Below are positions 37,816 through 49,520 of a stretch of DNA of 64,000 bases, piece by piece. Position 1 is the stretch's first letter. Every line of letters starts with the position of its first letter. Under the pieces are notes generated by a model. That model saw only the letters and a program-made list of their open reading frames with translations. It did not search any database and was not told the DNA's origin. This DNA is from Takakia lepidozioides (taxonomy: Eukaryota; Plantae; Bryophyta): the NCBI GenBank assembly GCA_030704615.1, contig CM060731.1:68882001-68946000 (forward strand), read 5' to 3'. The translations under genes were made by a program, and so were the position numbers.

Positions 37816-40275
37816 AACTATTTTTTCCTGGAAAGGTGCAAGCTGTGTATTGCTTCATGACGTGCGTATCTACTTCGTTTATCCACCATTGATCCTGAAA
37901 TACTGGCTATGATGCACTGTTGAGGCATTTCATCTGGCACCAGGAATCATGATTCGTTTGGCCAGTTACGGAGCCTATATCAATCTTCCAAAATATACAA
38001 TACAAATTAAACCATTGTCTCCTGTTCTTTGAAAAATAAATAAATAAATAAGGGTATATATTAAAAATTCCATCCAGTTAGAATTTTATATGTGGAGTAG
38101 AGATAGGTCAGGCCTATGACTCAACTAGGCACCAATAGCCATGCAAAGCGTCATAGGAGGAAAGTCAGCCCATGATTGCTCCTGACTGGAGAAGATAACT
38201 AGTGAAGGGGGAATTCTGACTGCTGGTGATAGGGGTAGGAAATGAGAGTGTTGTTCTGATTGTCGTGTGGATGGTGGGGCTTCTTCAAATTTTGAAGATG
38301 AAAGAGAACACAATTTTGAATGAGCATGATTCTTTTGAGCTTCCGTGTGCATAAGTTTTTCAAATTTGGACATGTTTGTGCGTTTCCCATGGTACCGCTC
38401 AAAAGAGAGCCCTTGACTCTAATGAACGTTGTCAAAGCTCGCGTTTATCTCACCAAAATCTAATCCCATAGCAGTCAAGTTAGTTTGTAATGGGGTATTT
38501 TGTTATTGCTTGATTCTTCATGAGTTGGATTCGCAAGACTCCCTCACCATGACATCAGTTCAACCATGTCAGTTACTTCCAGGAATCCATAAGGAGAAAT
38601 GGGGCAATCCATGTCTATAGTACTAGTGGAGCTATGGCTTCTAGAAGGGTCTCAGTATGAGCCTGGTAGCAAAGGGGAATGTATTAGGATAGTATTGGTC
38701 TACCCTAGGTTTTGCATCCGCCTGGTAGGTTCTGGAATACCAGGTTGATACCCAATATTTAATATCCGGGAACACCCTAAATACGAGTACAACAATGGTT
38801 GAGACTTGAGACTCCATCTCCAACTTGTTGTAGAGTAATTTATAATGATATCTTTGTGTATTAGGGAGGCCACTAACCCATGCACAATCATCTTGTAGAA
38901 CATACAGAGCACTAGCATGTGCCGTTGGCCCAAGTGTCCTGTGTCATCTAAGTACAATCCCCTATGTATCCAACTGCGTCTCATATGTAGAGGCCCATGT
39001 ATTAAGAATTGAAATCGATATACTAAAATGAAGTTGGATGTTTGTTTAGTTACAAAGAATGTGTGGTACATGAATGAACTAATGTTTGAAGAATACTGTA
39101 AACATGAACAAAATGAGCAACAAAGCATTGCGATTCAAAAGACTGGACTTTGGTGAAAGAGTTAGAAGTTTATATTAATACTTCTGTATATATTAAAAAA
39201 TCATTTTTCTTTTCCATGAATCTATTGAGTAGTATTATATCCAATCATTGTTCCAGGAAACCCCATGTTGCTATTTGTCACAAATTTCCGACGATCAAAA
39301 GTACTTGAAAATTCGACATCTCCCACACCACAAGTCCGAAAATTATGAGCCAAGTCTGTGCACCCCTCCTCATCTAGGGCTTTTCAACGGTACCGAGCAC
39401 CAGGGCTGGGCTCGCGGTTTGGGATATCTCAACACTACAAAACAAAACAAACAAACTACCTTGCTTCATATATTGACTTCAATTTGAGGCGTATAAACTA
39501 CAATTTTTATTTATTTTTCTTCTTAACCCCTAATGGACGAGGCAGTTTTTGGTGGGCCCCCTCCAAAATAGGACATACCCTCACGGATGAGGGTATATCT
39601 CTCACAAAACTAACATCCACTGGGATGAACCGTATGAATTGGAGGCTACCAGCTTCTGTGAAAATTTCAGCTCTTTTCACCGTGTATTTTGGAAGATTAC
39701 AAGAAATTTGCAAGCCCTAAATTTGGGGTACACTCCAAATTTGCAGTAGAAAAATGGTTTGACCAGGAAAGTGGATCGACAAATTTTTTTTTCCTCACAA
39801 GACCCCATCAGATTTCCATTATGTGGCACCTAAAGCATGTTGTGGCAAAAATCCAAAGCAGAATTCCCAAATTTTCACAAGGTAGCTTTATAATGGAAAA
39901 CAGGGGGGTCAAAACACACCATGAAGCTCAAATGACATGTAATTCAGGTTGAGGGGGCTAAATTTCCTTGGAATCACAATTGCTGCGGTGAAAGTCTCCC
40001 TTGAATGATGAAGTACCACCTCCAAAAAAGAATTTCAGAATTTCAGCAAAAATTGAAACACTGATTTATGTTTCTGTGAATTTCTACTTCAATCCCAGCT
40101 CAGGCCAAATATTGCCTGAGCCGGTAGACATTTCCGACTACATAAAATGGGTTACGTCACCGATTTGCGACAAAATGATGGGGGACCCCAAATGCGAAAC
40201 CCTAAGAAGGACCTGGGGACGCCCTCTGTTTCGGCATTTCACCGACAAGCATCTGAAAACTAACTACCAACTACC

Positions 40276-40402
40276 AAATACCTGCTTTACCCCAGTGCAA
40301 CAATACAAGCTCCCCACGAGCTCCTGCGTTACCCCCAATGCAGCGATACAAGGTCCCCGCGAGCACCTGCTTTACCCCCAATGTAGCGATACAAGCTCCC
40401 CA
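40276..40402. repeat. Three tandem repeats of about 43 bp inside the piggyBac
   Basis: CCTGCTTTACCCC(C)AATGCAGCGATACAAGCTCCCC, three copies. Confidence 0.8.
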
Positions 40403-40938
40403 GGAATATCATGATCCCAGAACTGGGGGAGAGTTGAACCCCCCGATCTGCCCATTGTGCAGACAGTCCCCCTTCCCCCCCAAAAGCAGAACCACTACCA
40501 TGACTGCTGCACTGCTGCCCCACCCGCCCCCTTCCCCAAAGTGTGAAACCACCCAAACACAACGCTCCTACGCCAATACACCCAGACCCCCATCACATCC
40601 ACAGCCCCTCAACCAGCAGCAGCTGATCGACATGACACCCACAGCCTGTGAACCATCAACAACACACCCCCACATGACCAGCACTACCCATGAACCAATA
40701 GCAGCACACCCCCATGACCCCAGAAGCCTCCACTGCCCATCAACCAACACCAGCACACCCCCAGTACCCCTACATCCCACAGATCAGCGAGAAACATACC
40801 TCGCGCCCCACGCACACACGCCATCCACAGCCAACGCCAGCATACTTGCAATGCAATCCAACACAACAGTGAACCCCCATCCACACAACCAATGCACATA
40901 CACAAGGAAGAAGTAACCACTGAATGGCCTAGATGCAG

Positions 40939-41350
40939 TCACCTCGTGGCATTTCGGTGTGCCTCATTCCAACACGGCCCAAGGCACAAGTGGCTGCCAT
41001 CACAGCCAGGGCAGTAATAGTGAGTACGAACGTGACACACAACACACAATCGCCGCCTTGTCATGTGAAGGCACTGATGCACAAACGTGCATTCCACATC
41101 CCCAGTGGTGTCCATGTTGTCAGTGCAGCAGCCCGCTGTCAATCCGTATGCCAAAGCCAGATTGAATTCGAGATGTGTCATGACCCGACGCCCTATCCTT
41201 CTCTCCATTGCAGAATATAATATATATGCATTCACCACTGTGGTATCAAAAAAAAAAAAAAAAAAACCCCACGATGCCACCACTTCTTTGTGCACAGCTG
41301 CAAGCTATACGCACCCCTCAGCTGGTCCTGCACATCTACTCCTCGCATAT
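40939..41350 (-). pseudogene. piggyBac transposase C-terminus (third Asp and Cys-rich domain)
   Basis: YMRGVDVQDQL..KKWW; VNAYILY; CVVC..YCPGC..LCLGPC..H. Joins in frame to 48135 once the MULE is removed. Confidence 0.9.
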
Positions 41351-42047
41351 CAGGGATGCCTCGGCGTGAGCCTGGTCACGTGAGCGCGTGAGCGCGACTG
41401 CGCTCACGCCACGTCAACTTGCGCAAATGCCACGTCACGGGGCTCAGTCCACGTCATCACACGTTGAGGCCGAGTCACCACGCACCCAGAAAGAAGTGGA
41501 GTGTATTCCCGCGGATTGGCACCCTTTACCGCGGAAACAAGCTGGACGACATAATAAAAGGCATTGAATAAATGATGGATGAATGTACAGTTGGATGATA
41601 AACAGATGGATGAGTTTGAAAAATCTATGTAGATGGATGAATGACGGATGGATAAGAGTAAAATGGATGAATGTATAATGGATGTTGAGCAATGACAAAA
41701 ATTCATGACAGGAAGATGCATGACCAAATCTTTTGACGAATGCACAAAGTATATGAAATGAGTGTGGAAGGTTTGTGGGGTGGATTAAAGAGTACAGAGG
41801 ATGAATGTACAATGGATGTTGTACAAATGAAGCTTTCATGAATGGAGCACGCATGAATACAGTGTAGATGAATGCACAATGGATATGAGAAGAGTCAGGA
41901 AGGTTTGTGAGATGGATTCATACATATAGCAATTTAAACGAAAGTTGATTCTGTGATTATTATTTGTTCTAAAGGAACAACTACGGTAGAGTAAGGGGAT
42001 TCAACGTTTTCCAGATAATATGAAAATGAATATTAAAAGAATACAGT

Positions 42048-44246
42048 TCAGTCTGACTCAGAGTCAGTACAATGTATCCCCTCTTCCTCTGCATCTAAGT
42101 CTAAGTATTTTAGAACACCGGATCCACGCTGGATACACCTACGGCTGGCCACTAAAAAGTCAGGGGATAGGGACTCGGACGCGTGAAGTGCCATTGCTTC
42201 GGCATAAACAGGGAGCAGAAAATTGGAAAGGGGGCTGTCGAAAACAGACTCGCCAGAAATGACTGTATCTCCTGAAGATCCACCGCTGGCTTTCCTGAAA
42301 GACAGCCTGAAAAAGTTTACTGTAACTTTGATTGTTATCGAGAAATTGAGTATGACTCCCAAAGAGGGTTTAGCACTTACTCACATGAAAAGTCGTTGTC
42401 GACCTGCTTATCTTCGGGATCGTCATCATTTCGAATATGAATCCGATCAGTCTGTGTGCCTGAAGTGGAGCCAGACAAAAGGGGAGGAGCACTGTGTTGT
42501 AGAGGTCAGAATCACCCTCCATACCAAAAAGGCTTCTTCCGCCTGCCTTGCATGCGTGGTAAGTTGCTCCTGCACCAGACAGGAGAACATAAACAGTTTG
42601 GAGAGGGGATTTAAGCAGATGAAACTGTTGAAAGGAAACCAATTCGGAAGGGAGAAAACGAACCTGTGGACACAGAAAGATCGACCACCCGTGCAGAGCG
42701 GTGGCTGCATGACTCCAGCAGTATTTGCATGAATGCTGGTGACTTTTCCTTTGCACCTCTCCAGGGAGTGCCATCTGGTCTCTTCAGAGTCTGACTGGAC
42801 TGCATGAAGTTGTACAAAATGTCATCGACATGGGCTCATAGGGGGGGTTGACGAAAACAACCCTGGTCAGAAATCTCAAAGCTGCGGATGGAGGATGTGT
42901 CTTTGATGTGCGAATCCTCCGCAGGCAGATCGCCTCGAACATCCTCGTCTGCCAAAGATAGCAGGTTAGTGTGGTAAACACAATCTAAAGTGGAAGTGTG
43001 TACATCGGCTATTCAGAACTCTGACACCAAAAAACCATGAATCGTTGATGATCGGTGTCGATCATAAAACATTCTACTAGAGTGGAGCTGCAGAGAAAAT
43101 TGAAACTCATGATCAAAGCATAAGCAGAAGGCAGACGGCATACCAGCTGACCAGGGAAACCCCCTTTCACAAGGTAGAGGCTGTTCACACAATTCCATGT
43201 GCGCAAAACTTCAAACCCTGAAGACTTGAGTATGATGCCAATGCCCGACGACTATCATTGTCACATGACTGAAAAAACAGAAGTGTCCCTGCATCAGAAA
43301 GGAAATTGTTACAGAACCCGAATACCCAACTCCAGTAGTTGTCCTCGAATTTGTTCCACCCTGGCGTCTTGCCCTTTGGAAGAACTTCTGGCACAGCCTG
43401 GCCATCCGGGATGTCGAGAATGACAATGTCGGCCGCATAAGTTTTCTGCACACCGCACACGAAGGTGGGACCTGTGCTCACCTGCAACAGACATGTTTTT
43501 TATAAGAACGATGGCAAGAATGTTTTCAAAGAACGAGACTGAAATACTGCCAACGAAACATTCAGAGAAAAAGGAAAGAAACTGGAATTCTCACCAGATT
43601 GAGGAATGAGATTATATTGTCCCAGGTAGGGGATGGCACCCCAGTGTATCCTCTCTTTCGACTCTGCATCATCGAAAGCCAACCCTCATTAACAATTTTC
43701 ATCTCTCCTGCTGAATCAGAACGGGAAGGGTGTGGCTTGGCATCGAACACGCACTGAAGAGTGCGGGTATATCTTCCAGCACTAAAGTCCTGCCCACTCT
43801 CCATCTCCTTTTCATTCTCCTTCCCCTTGTCCTTTTCCTTCTCTTTGGACTTGTCTTTGTCCTTTGGCTTTGTTGGTGAGATGGCTATGACATCAACAGC
43901 CTTGTCTTTTGGTTTGCGGCCCGCCTTCTTTCCCTTCTGCGGCGTTCCCTGAGCATCAGGCTCCTTGGCAGCCAAGGTTGCTATGTTTCGTTGATACTCT
44001 TCGTCAGTCAAAGGCGCCAGCATCTCAGCGTTATTGTTCAAGTATTTCATATGTTGTTCTTGAAAGGTCGTGTGCTCAGGTGGGCAGTCAAGGTACCACC
44101 CACAGTCTCTGAAGTGAGAAGGACTCCAGTCCTTCAATATCCCTGCAGTATACATGGTTGGATCGTTTGCAGGGTCCGACCACATGTCAAGATAGTCGGG
44201 AATTCCGCTCAGGTGATTTCCTTCCATAAGCACATATTTCGTGTAC
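42048..44246 (-). pseudogene. Beta-class N4C/N6A DNA methyltransferase-like gene (copy 2)
   Basis: Predicted exons 44246-43595, 43481-43144, 42948-42664, 42569 to about 42381, and about 42307-42048. Same motifs as copy 1 (VVDLSVSTG|ATYHAC). Frameshifts differ from the copy 1 lesions. Confidence 0.75.
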
Positions 44247-44387
44247 CTGAAAAAAGCAGATGAATCCCAACCCACAAAAGCGCTCAGTGAGTAAGATGCA
44301 AGTAGAACAGAAAGAATAAAACATGGATTGAAATGGCTCTGACAACTGCTCCAAGGACCTTTCAGGACCACACTACTGCTCCAGATA

Positions 44388-45110
44388 TGAATGTCGTCAA
44401 CGCCATTCAGAACATTCCATTCCATGACACTGTAAATACATCCTAATCCAGGTGAATGCAAATAAGCGATTAGAAATGACACAGACATAGAAGTGAATGT
44501 CGTCAACGACATTCAAGAATGAAGCCAAATTATTACTGAAATGAAGCAAAATTACAGGATGGAAATAAAAAAATTGAGTAAGGAACCATCCAGGAAAACT
44601 CAATGCACATTCATAACGAACCTATCACTGAGGACCTCAACATCACTGTATGTGAATGGCGTCAACGCCATTCACAAAAATACAAAAAAGAAACCAATTA
44701 CTTAGCTCCCCAATCCATGAAAATTGAATTTGTCGTTTTTGATTAATACAGACACAGCTGTGAATGTCGTCAACGACATTCACTTTGGATTTCTTAAAAC
44801 AGAGCTTATGAAGCCTCCATATTCATCGCAAGAGGAAAAAACAATGCAGAACAACTGAATGTCTGCATTGACATTCAGCAAAATGAAGTGATCAACCCTC
44901 ATTGTATCCTCTATGGACATTACAAAAATTTAAATAACCTTGAGGACCACACAACAACTCCGTATGTGAATGTCGTCAACGCCATTCAAGGACATTATCA
45001 ATTCTAATCAGGGACAATATAATTGCACCCTTAGATCCTAACCAGGTGAATTCATATACTCGCTTAAGAATGACTCAGACAAAGAAGTGAATGTCGTCAA
45101 CGACATTCAA
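44388..45110. repeat. Palindrome array between the MTase and transposase genes
   Basis: Copies at 44388, 44493, 44652, 44760, 44966 and 45087. A further copy at 31468. Confidence 0.9.
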
Positions 45111-45234
45111 TCTGGATCTAAGATTGCAATCCATATGAAGCCACAATTTTTCCCAAAAAAACAGTAGAGTTTCAAGTATGACATTTCACCTGTACACAAC
45201 TCGCATCATGGCCCACTCATTTCTCCACTTTAAG

Positions 45235-47514
45235 TTCACCTAACATTCGGCATCAGATCAATGCATTGAGAATGGGCTCTGGGATCAGAGGCTACATAGA
45301 CAATATTTTGGAATTGAAACGACTGAGCAAGTACGATTACATCCAGGACAATGTATTCCCAGGTCAAGGTGCCATCAAAGTTTTTCTTTTCAAAATGTCG
45401 ACTGTTGGGGAGGGCAGTGGGGTTAGCCTCGTGAAGCGGATGCAGAAGACTGGGGACTTGCAGAACTGTTTTCTTATGTTTGATCATGTGAAACGAGTGA
45501 AGGATTGGACGACAATGGCTTGTCATGTCTACGATCCAGTGTACCAACGAGTTATGACAATTGCAGTTTGTGACATGCAATCCGAGGATACGGAATCCCA
45601 GAAGCTCATGTGGAATTCCCTGATACGTGTCATGGGCTGCCATGGGCTGCCATCTCCAAATTTCGCAGGTTTCATGGCGGATAGTGCTCAAGCAAATTTC
45701 AATGCTATTCGTATTGTCTTCGGATCGGGCGACCCAAAAGTGCCTATGCCAGGAAGAGAGCGTACATGTCTATTCCATTGGACACAATCTCTGGAAAAAC
45801 ATACAAAGTCGGACATCAAACCAGAGATGCAGACTCAGCACCGTAAATTGTGCAAAGAGTACAAAGATGCTAGAACAATGAAGGAGGCGGACACTTTGTT
45901 CCAGACAATTCGTGCCTGGTGGTTCTCTTCTGGAGCTGCATCACTTGAGAGTATGAGAGCATTGGAAGATTGGCTGGCGTTTTGGCACTTCCGGTATAGA
46001 CAGTGGGGAGCAGCCATGACAATGGTACGAGGCTTCTATTTCATGCTTTATTCATACATTTGCTTTCCATATTTTTGACTCATTGCTTTCTTTATGTTGT
46101 TTCCTATGCACTATTCTGAAGTGTGGTTATCCTCTTTGCAGAACATGTCCATTGAGGAAATGGCAGACATGCCATCTTGCAATTTGGCAGAAACTGTGCA
46201 CAATGCATGGTTGCAGCAGTCTGGGAAACGAGGTCGGGATTTGTATGTGGCAACAACAGATGATTTGATACGTGCCTTGCAACAACAAAAACCGATACCG
46301 TGATTTCTTACGAGGTGGGGTTGGTGGCAAGGGTCCGGACAAATCGGAGTTGATGTTGCGTGCTGCAAACAGATCTGGGGATCCAATCAAGATAGCACGG
46401 GCGGTGAGCATGTATGCCCAGGGAACGCCACTTGTTTCTAGAGTTCCACATCTTGAAGGGGAGGAGAGATTCGGCTCCTGTAAGAGGAAATTGAACACTC
46501 CACCTGGTTCGGATTCAGATTCCCACAGGGCAGACCGTGATAACTTCTCGAAGCCTCGTGTTCCCCTGCATGACAGCTTCGTGTCCGGAACCTCCAACAC
46601 GACGGCAAGCTCCAGCATCAAACCGTGCCACTGAAATGGTGCAGGAGAGAAAAACACCCCCTTGATGTGCTTGAGTCCGCATGCCCCGACCACGTTTGGC
46701 ACATAGAACGCACAAGTGTCGGGTCTCGTGTGAAATGTACAGCGATCAGGGCAACTAATTTCGAGAAGTGCACTTCATCTATATCCAGAGGTGGTGCCCG
46801 AACTCCTGCTCCGACTTTCACGGGCTTGATGCGTCCATACGGTCAACCAGAAGCCAAGAGAACCACAAGTTCTGGTTCTGCGCAGATGATTGTGCCAGAT
46901 GTGTGCATGGAACTGTGCGTCCTTCCGTAGTGATGAAGCCATCTCCTCCAACCGTTTGGCCCGTGAAGGTGGGAACACATCTCAGCTTTCAGGAGATTGA
47001 AATGCTGGAGGAGGCAGGGTTTTCTCTTGCGAGACAACCCCAACTCCATGCATGTGCTACTACTCCTGCGTCCTCCCGGGTCCCCCCGACAAATCCTGAC
47101 TTGTGGCCAACCAAACGAGATGGAAAGCTCGTTCGGCGTTTCCCTCCAACCGCTGAACACTTTGGCAAAGTGGAGTCCGCAAGAATGCTCCAAGCTCGTG
47201 TCGGAAGCACCACGGAAGTACCCGATCCAGGATATGGTCGGGTATTCACAATCATCACTTCCACATCTGCTGTTCATGACAGGACCTACGACATCACGGT
47301 TTCCAATTTCCCCAATTGCACATGTCCTGATTTTGTGAATATGCTATCAACCAGTTTGGGCAAGAGAGGTAAATTCATACCCTGCAAACATTTGTATTTC
47401 ATATTTTTGAGGAGGATGGTTTGCGATCCCAAACGTGACAACTTCATTCACCAGGCCACTATGAGTTTCAACGAGGTCGATACTCTTTTGCAACGGGATA
47501 CAACACATGGGTAG
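45235..47514 (+). pseudogene. MULE-type DDE transposase with C-terminal SWIM zinc finger (intron 46025-46141, frameshifts)
   Basis: FDHVKRV (D), FMADSA (D), CLFHW (CxxH), SCNLAET (E), SWIM CTCPDF..PCKH. Confidence 0.85.
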
Positions 47515-48134
47515 CATGAACTATGTAATGTGGTATGTGGATGACCATGATTTGAAATGTGTAATTCACATCAATTCGCCGGCTGTGCAATGATATGGCC
47601 TCCAACTATACGGAGTGAGGTCTGAGTGACAACTTTTAGGTAGTGCACATTTGTCATTGCACCGTTCGAAGTCTACATGTTTGCTGTCGCTATGCACTAC
47701 AATCATCTTTTGAAGATGATCATAACTCTCATTGTTATTTGAGGAGGGAGGAAGTCTTCTCGTGGCAGCCTTTATGGCGCACACTTTGTGAGGATATTTT
47801 GTCGTCTTCGTAATTGTAAAAAGTGAAACAAACATTTGTAATTGCACAATGTTGGATGCTGCAATTGTAGGCCTCAACGCTCGTCTTGATTCTATTTAGG
47901 CAAGATTCCCTGCATTAATTCCACGGTCATAGGACCATCCACGGTTATAGGCGGCACATGTTAATGCTGACGTGGCAGTTGACGGACAGTGCCACGTCAT
48001 CATTTACCGCCACGTCAGCATGTGTGCAGGCTCACGCCACGTCAGCTGGCGTGAGCGTACGCTCACGCCACGTCACTCCTGCGTGAGCGTACGCTCGCGC
48101 GCTCACGTGCAACGCTCACGCCATTGCGTCGTTG

Positions 48135-49520
48135 CTCGCATATACGTTTGATATTGCACGTGAGCAGGCACGGATGGCACAGGCACTTTTTGGTTTCCCA
48201 CAAAATGGCGTACAATCACAGGAGAGGAAGGGCTGCATGCTGGCCTGGCTGCAGATGACAGTAAAAAGACCCCCTTCTTGTCCCACCATAACACAGCAGC
48301 CACCTCCCTTGAATCATGCATCCTGTACCATGACTGCCCTTTTGGCAGTCTTGGATTTCTTCATTTTCAGCAAAGAGGGAGGGAGACCCTTTCGGTTCAA
48401 TCAAACTGTGCTAGTGGCTCAAGTGCCAAGCTTCGCCAAGTCATACAGAAGCTGGACAGAGGTAAAGTAATTGTCAGTGACAATGACATGGCCCAAACCA
48501 TGCAGCCCTTCAGTCAGCCGGCAAAAAACTTCGTACCCTTCTCCCTTCCCACTTTTCTGCCTTTGGCCATCTGGCCCTCCTGCATTCTTACCAGAGTAAA
48601 AACAGAAATTGTAGACATATGAAGTCTCCGAGTCAGCAGTGGCCCACACCTTTTATGCCCCACTTGCATGGTTTTTTAGGCATATATATCCTAATTGGAC
48701 AGTACATCCCCTTGTAACGAATCATGACCTCATCAACGGTCACCATTTTGTTCAGATTCCAGAGGCTTTCACACCTATCAACAATCTCATCACACACCCA
48801 TCTAGCTTTCCAAGCTTGTCGTAATTGCGACTCTTCCGATCCGCCACCAAAGTGGCGTTGTCAACAAGATGCAAACAGCGGAGGATGGCCTCGTACCTAT
48901 CTCTCGTCATCACTTTGCGGATGACAGGACAAGAGAAGAATTGCTCCGAGTGTTGCCAGTACAAGCGAGTTCGGGGCAACTTCTTCATGCCCATGAAGAC
49001 ACAAATGCCAATCCAAGCCCTCAACTCACGAACAGTGAGCTCTTTCCACTTAGGCCTCCCACGAGTGCCCTCACCCAAAGCCTCACATGCATAACGATTG
49101 GACTCCCTACATATCCGTGCAAGCACATGTTGTCTCCAAAACAAACGAAAGAACGAAACAGGATGTGAGCCCTTCATCTCTGGCAGGCAGGGACTAGGTA
49201 CAGGGCCAGTAACAGCACCTCTATCAGTTGCAAACTCAGAACCAACATTGGACTCCCAAGTCGTAGGCTTGAACATCTTGACAAAATCGGCGGTTGGCTC
49301 CTCATCGCACTCCATGTCAACCCCGTCATTCTCCCAGTCGCATTCATCGGCAGAGTCCCCCATGTAGCCATCGTCACCCTCAAAATCCTCGTCCATGTCC
49401 GACGAGGTCTCATCATGCCCAAAACTCCCATTAGAAGACCCCTCCCCAAAATTCACAGTACCCCCAGCACCCCCACTATTGGGATGCAACTCCCCCAAAG
49501 CCACCCGACCCACGGCCACC
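48135..49520 (-). pseudogene. piggyBac transposase, N-terminal and core part
   Basis: WKELTVRELRAWIG..MG..LYW; MTRDRY..LHL.DN; VDEVM..KG..YMPKKP.KWG; TDNYFTS; WWDKK.V.LLSS. Confidence 0.9.

Larger units (their letters stand above)
41351..48134 (+). mobile_element. Mutator-like element (6.8 kb) encoding a transposase plus a DNA methyltransferase-like gene
   Basis: 9-bp TSD CTCGCATAT (41342-41350, 48135-48143). Imperfect TIRs sharing GGCGTGAGC..CACGTGAGCGCG. Two divergent genes. Confidence 0.92.

Noticed and set aside
38621-38631. Right end of the 27351 CACTA element
   Set aside because: TAGTG+GAG fits, but the TIR match is short, subterminal repeats are absent, and an 8-mer is expected by chance. 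Kept only as a candidate.
40338-40916. 192-aa P/T/H-rich ORF inside the piggyBac
   Set aside because: Low-complexity, C/A-skewed sequence with no recognisable domain.
44388-45110. CRISPR-like array (24-bp palindromic repeats with spacers)
   Set aside because: Spacers are 80-180 bp and homologous to each other, there are no cas genes, and the context is eukaryotic. It is a tandem repeat with conserved palindromes.
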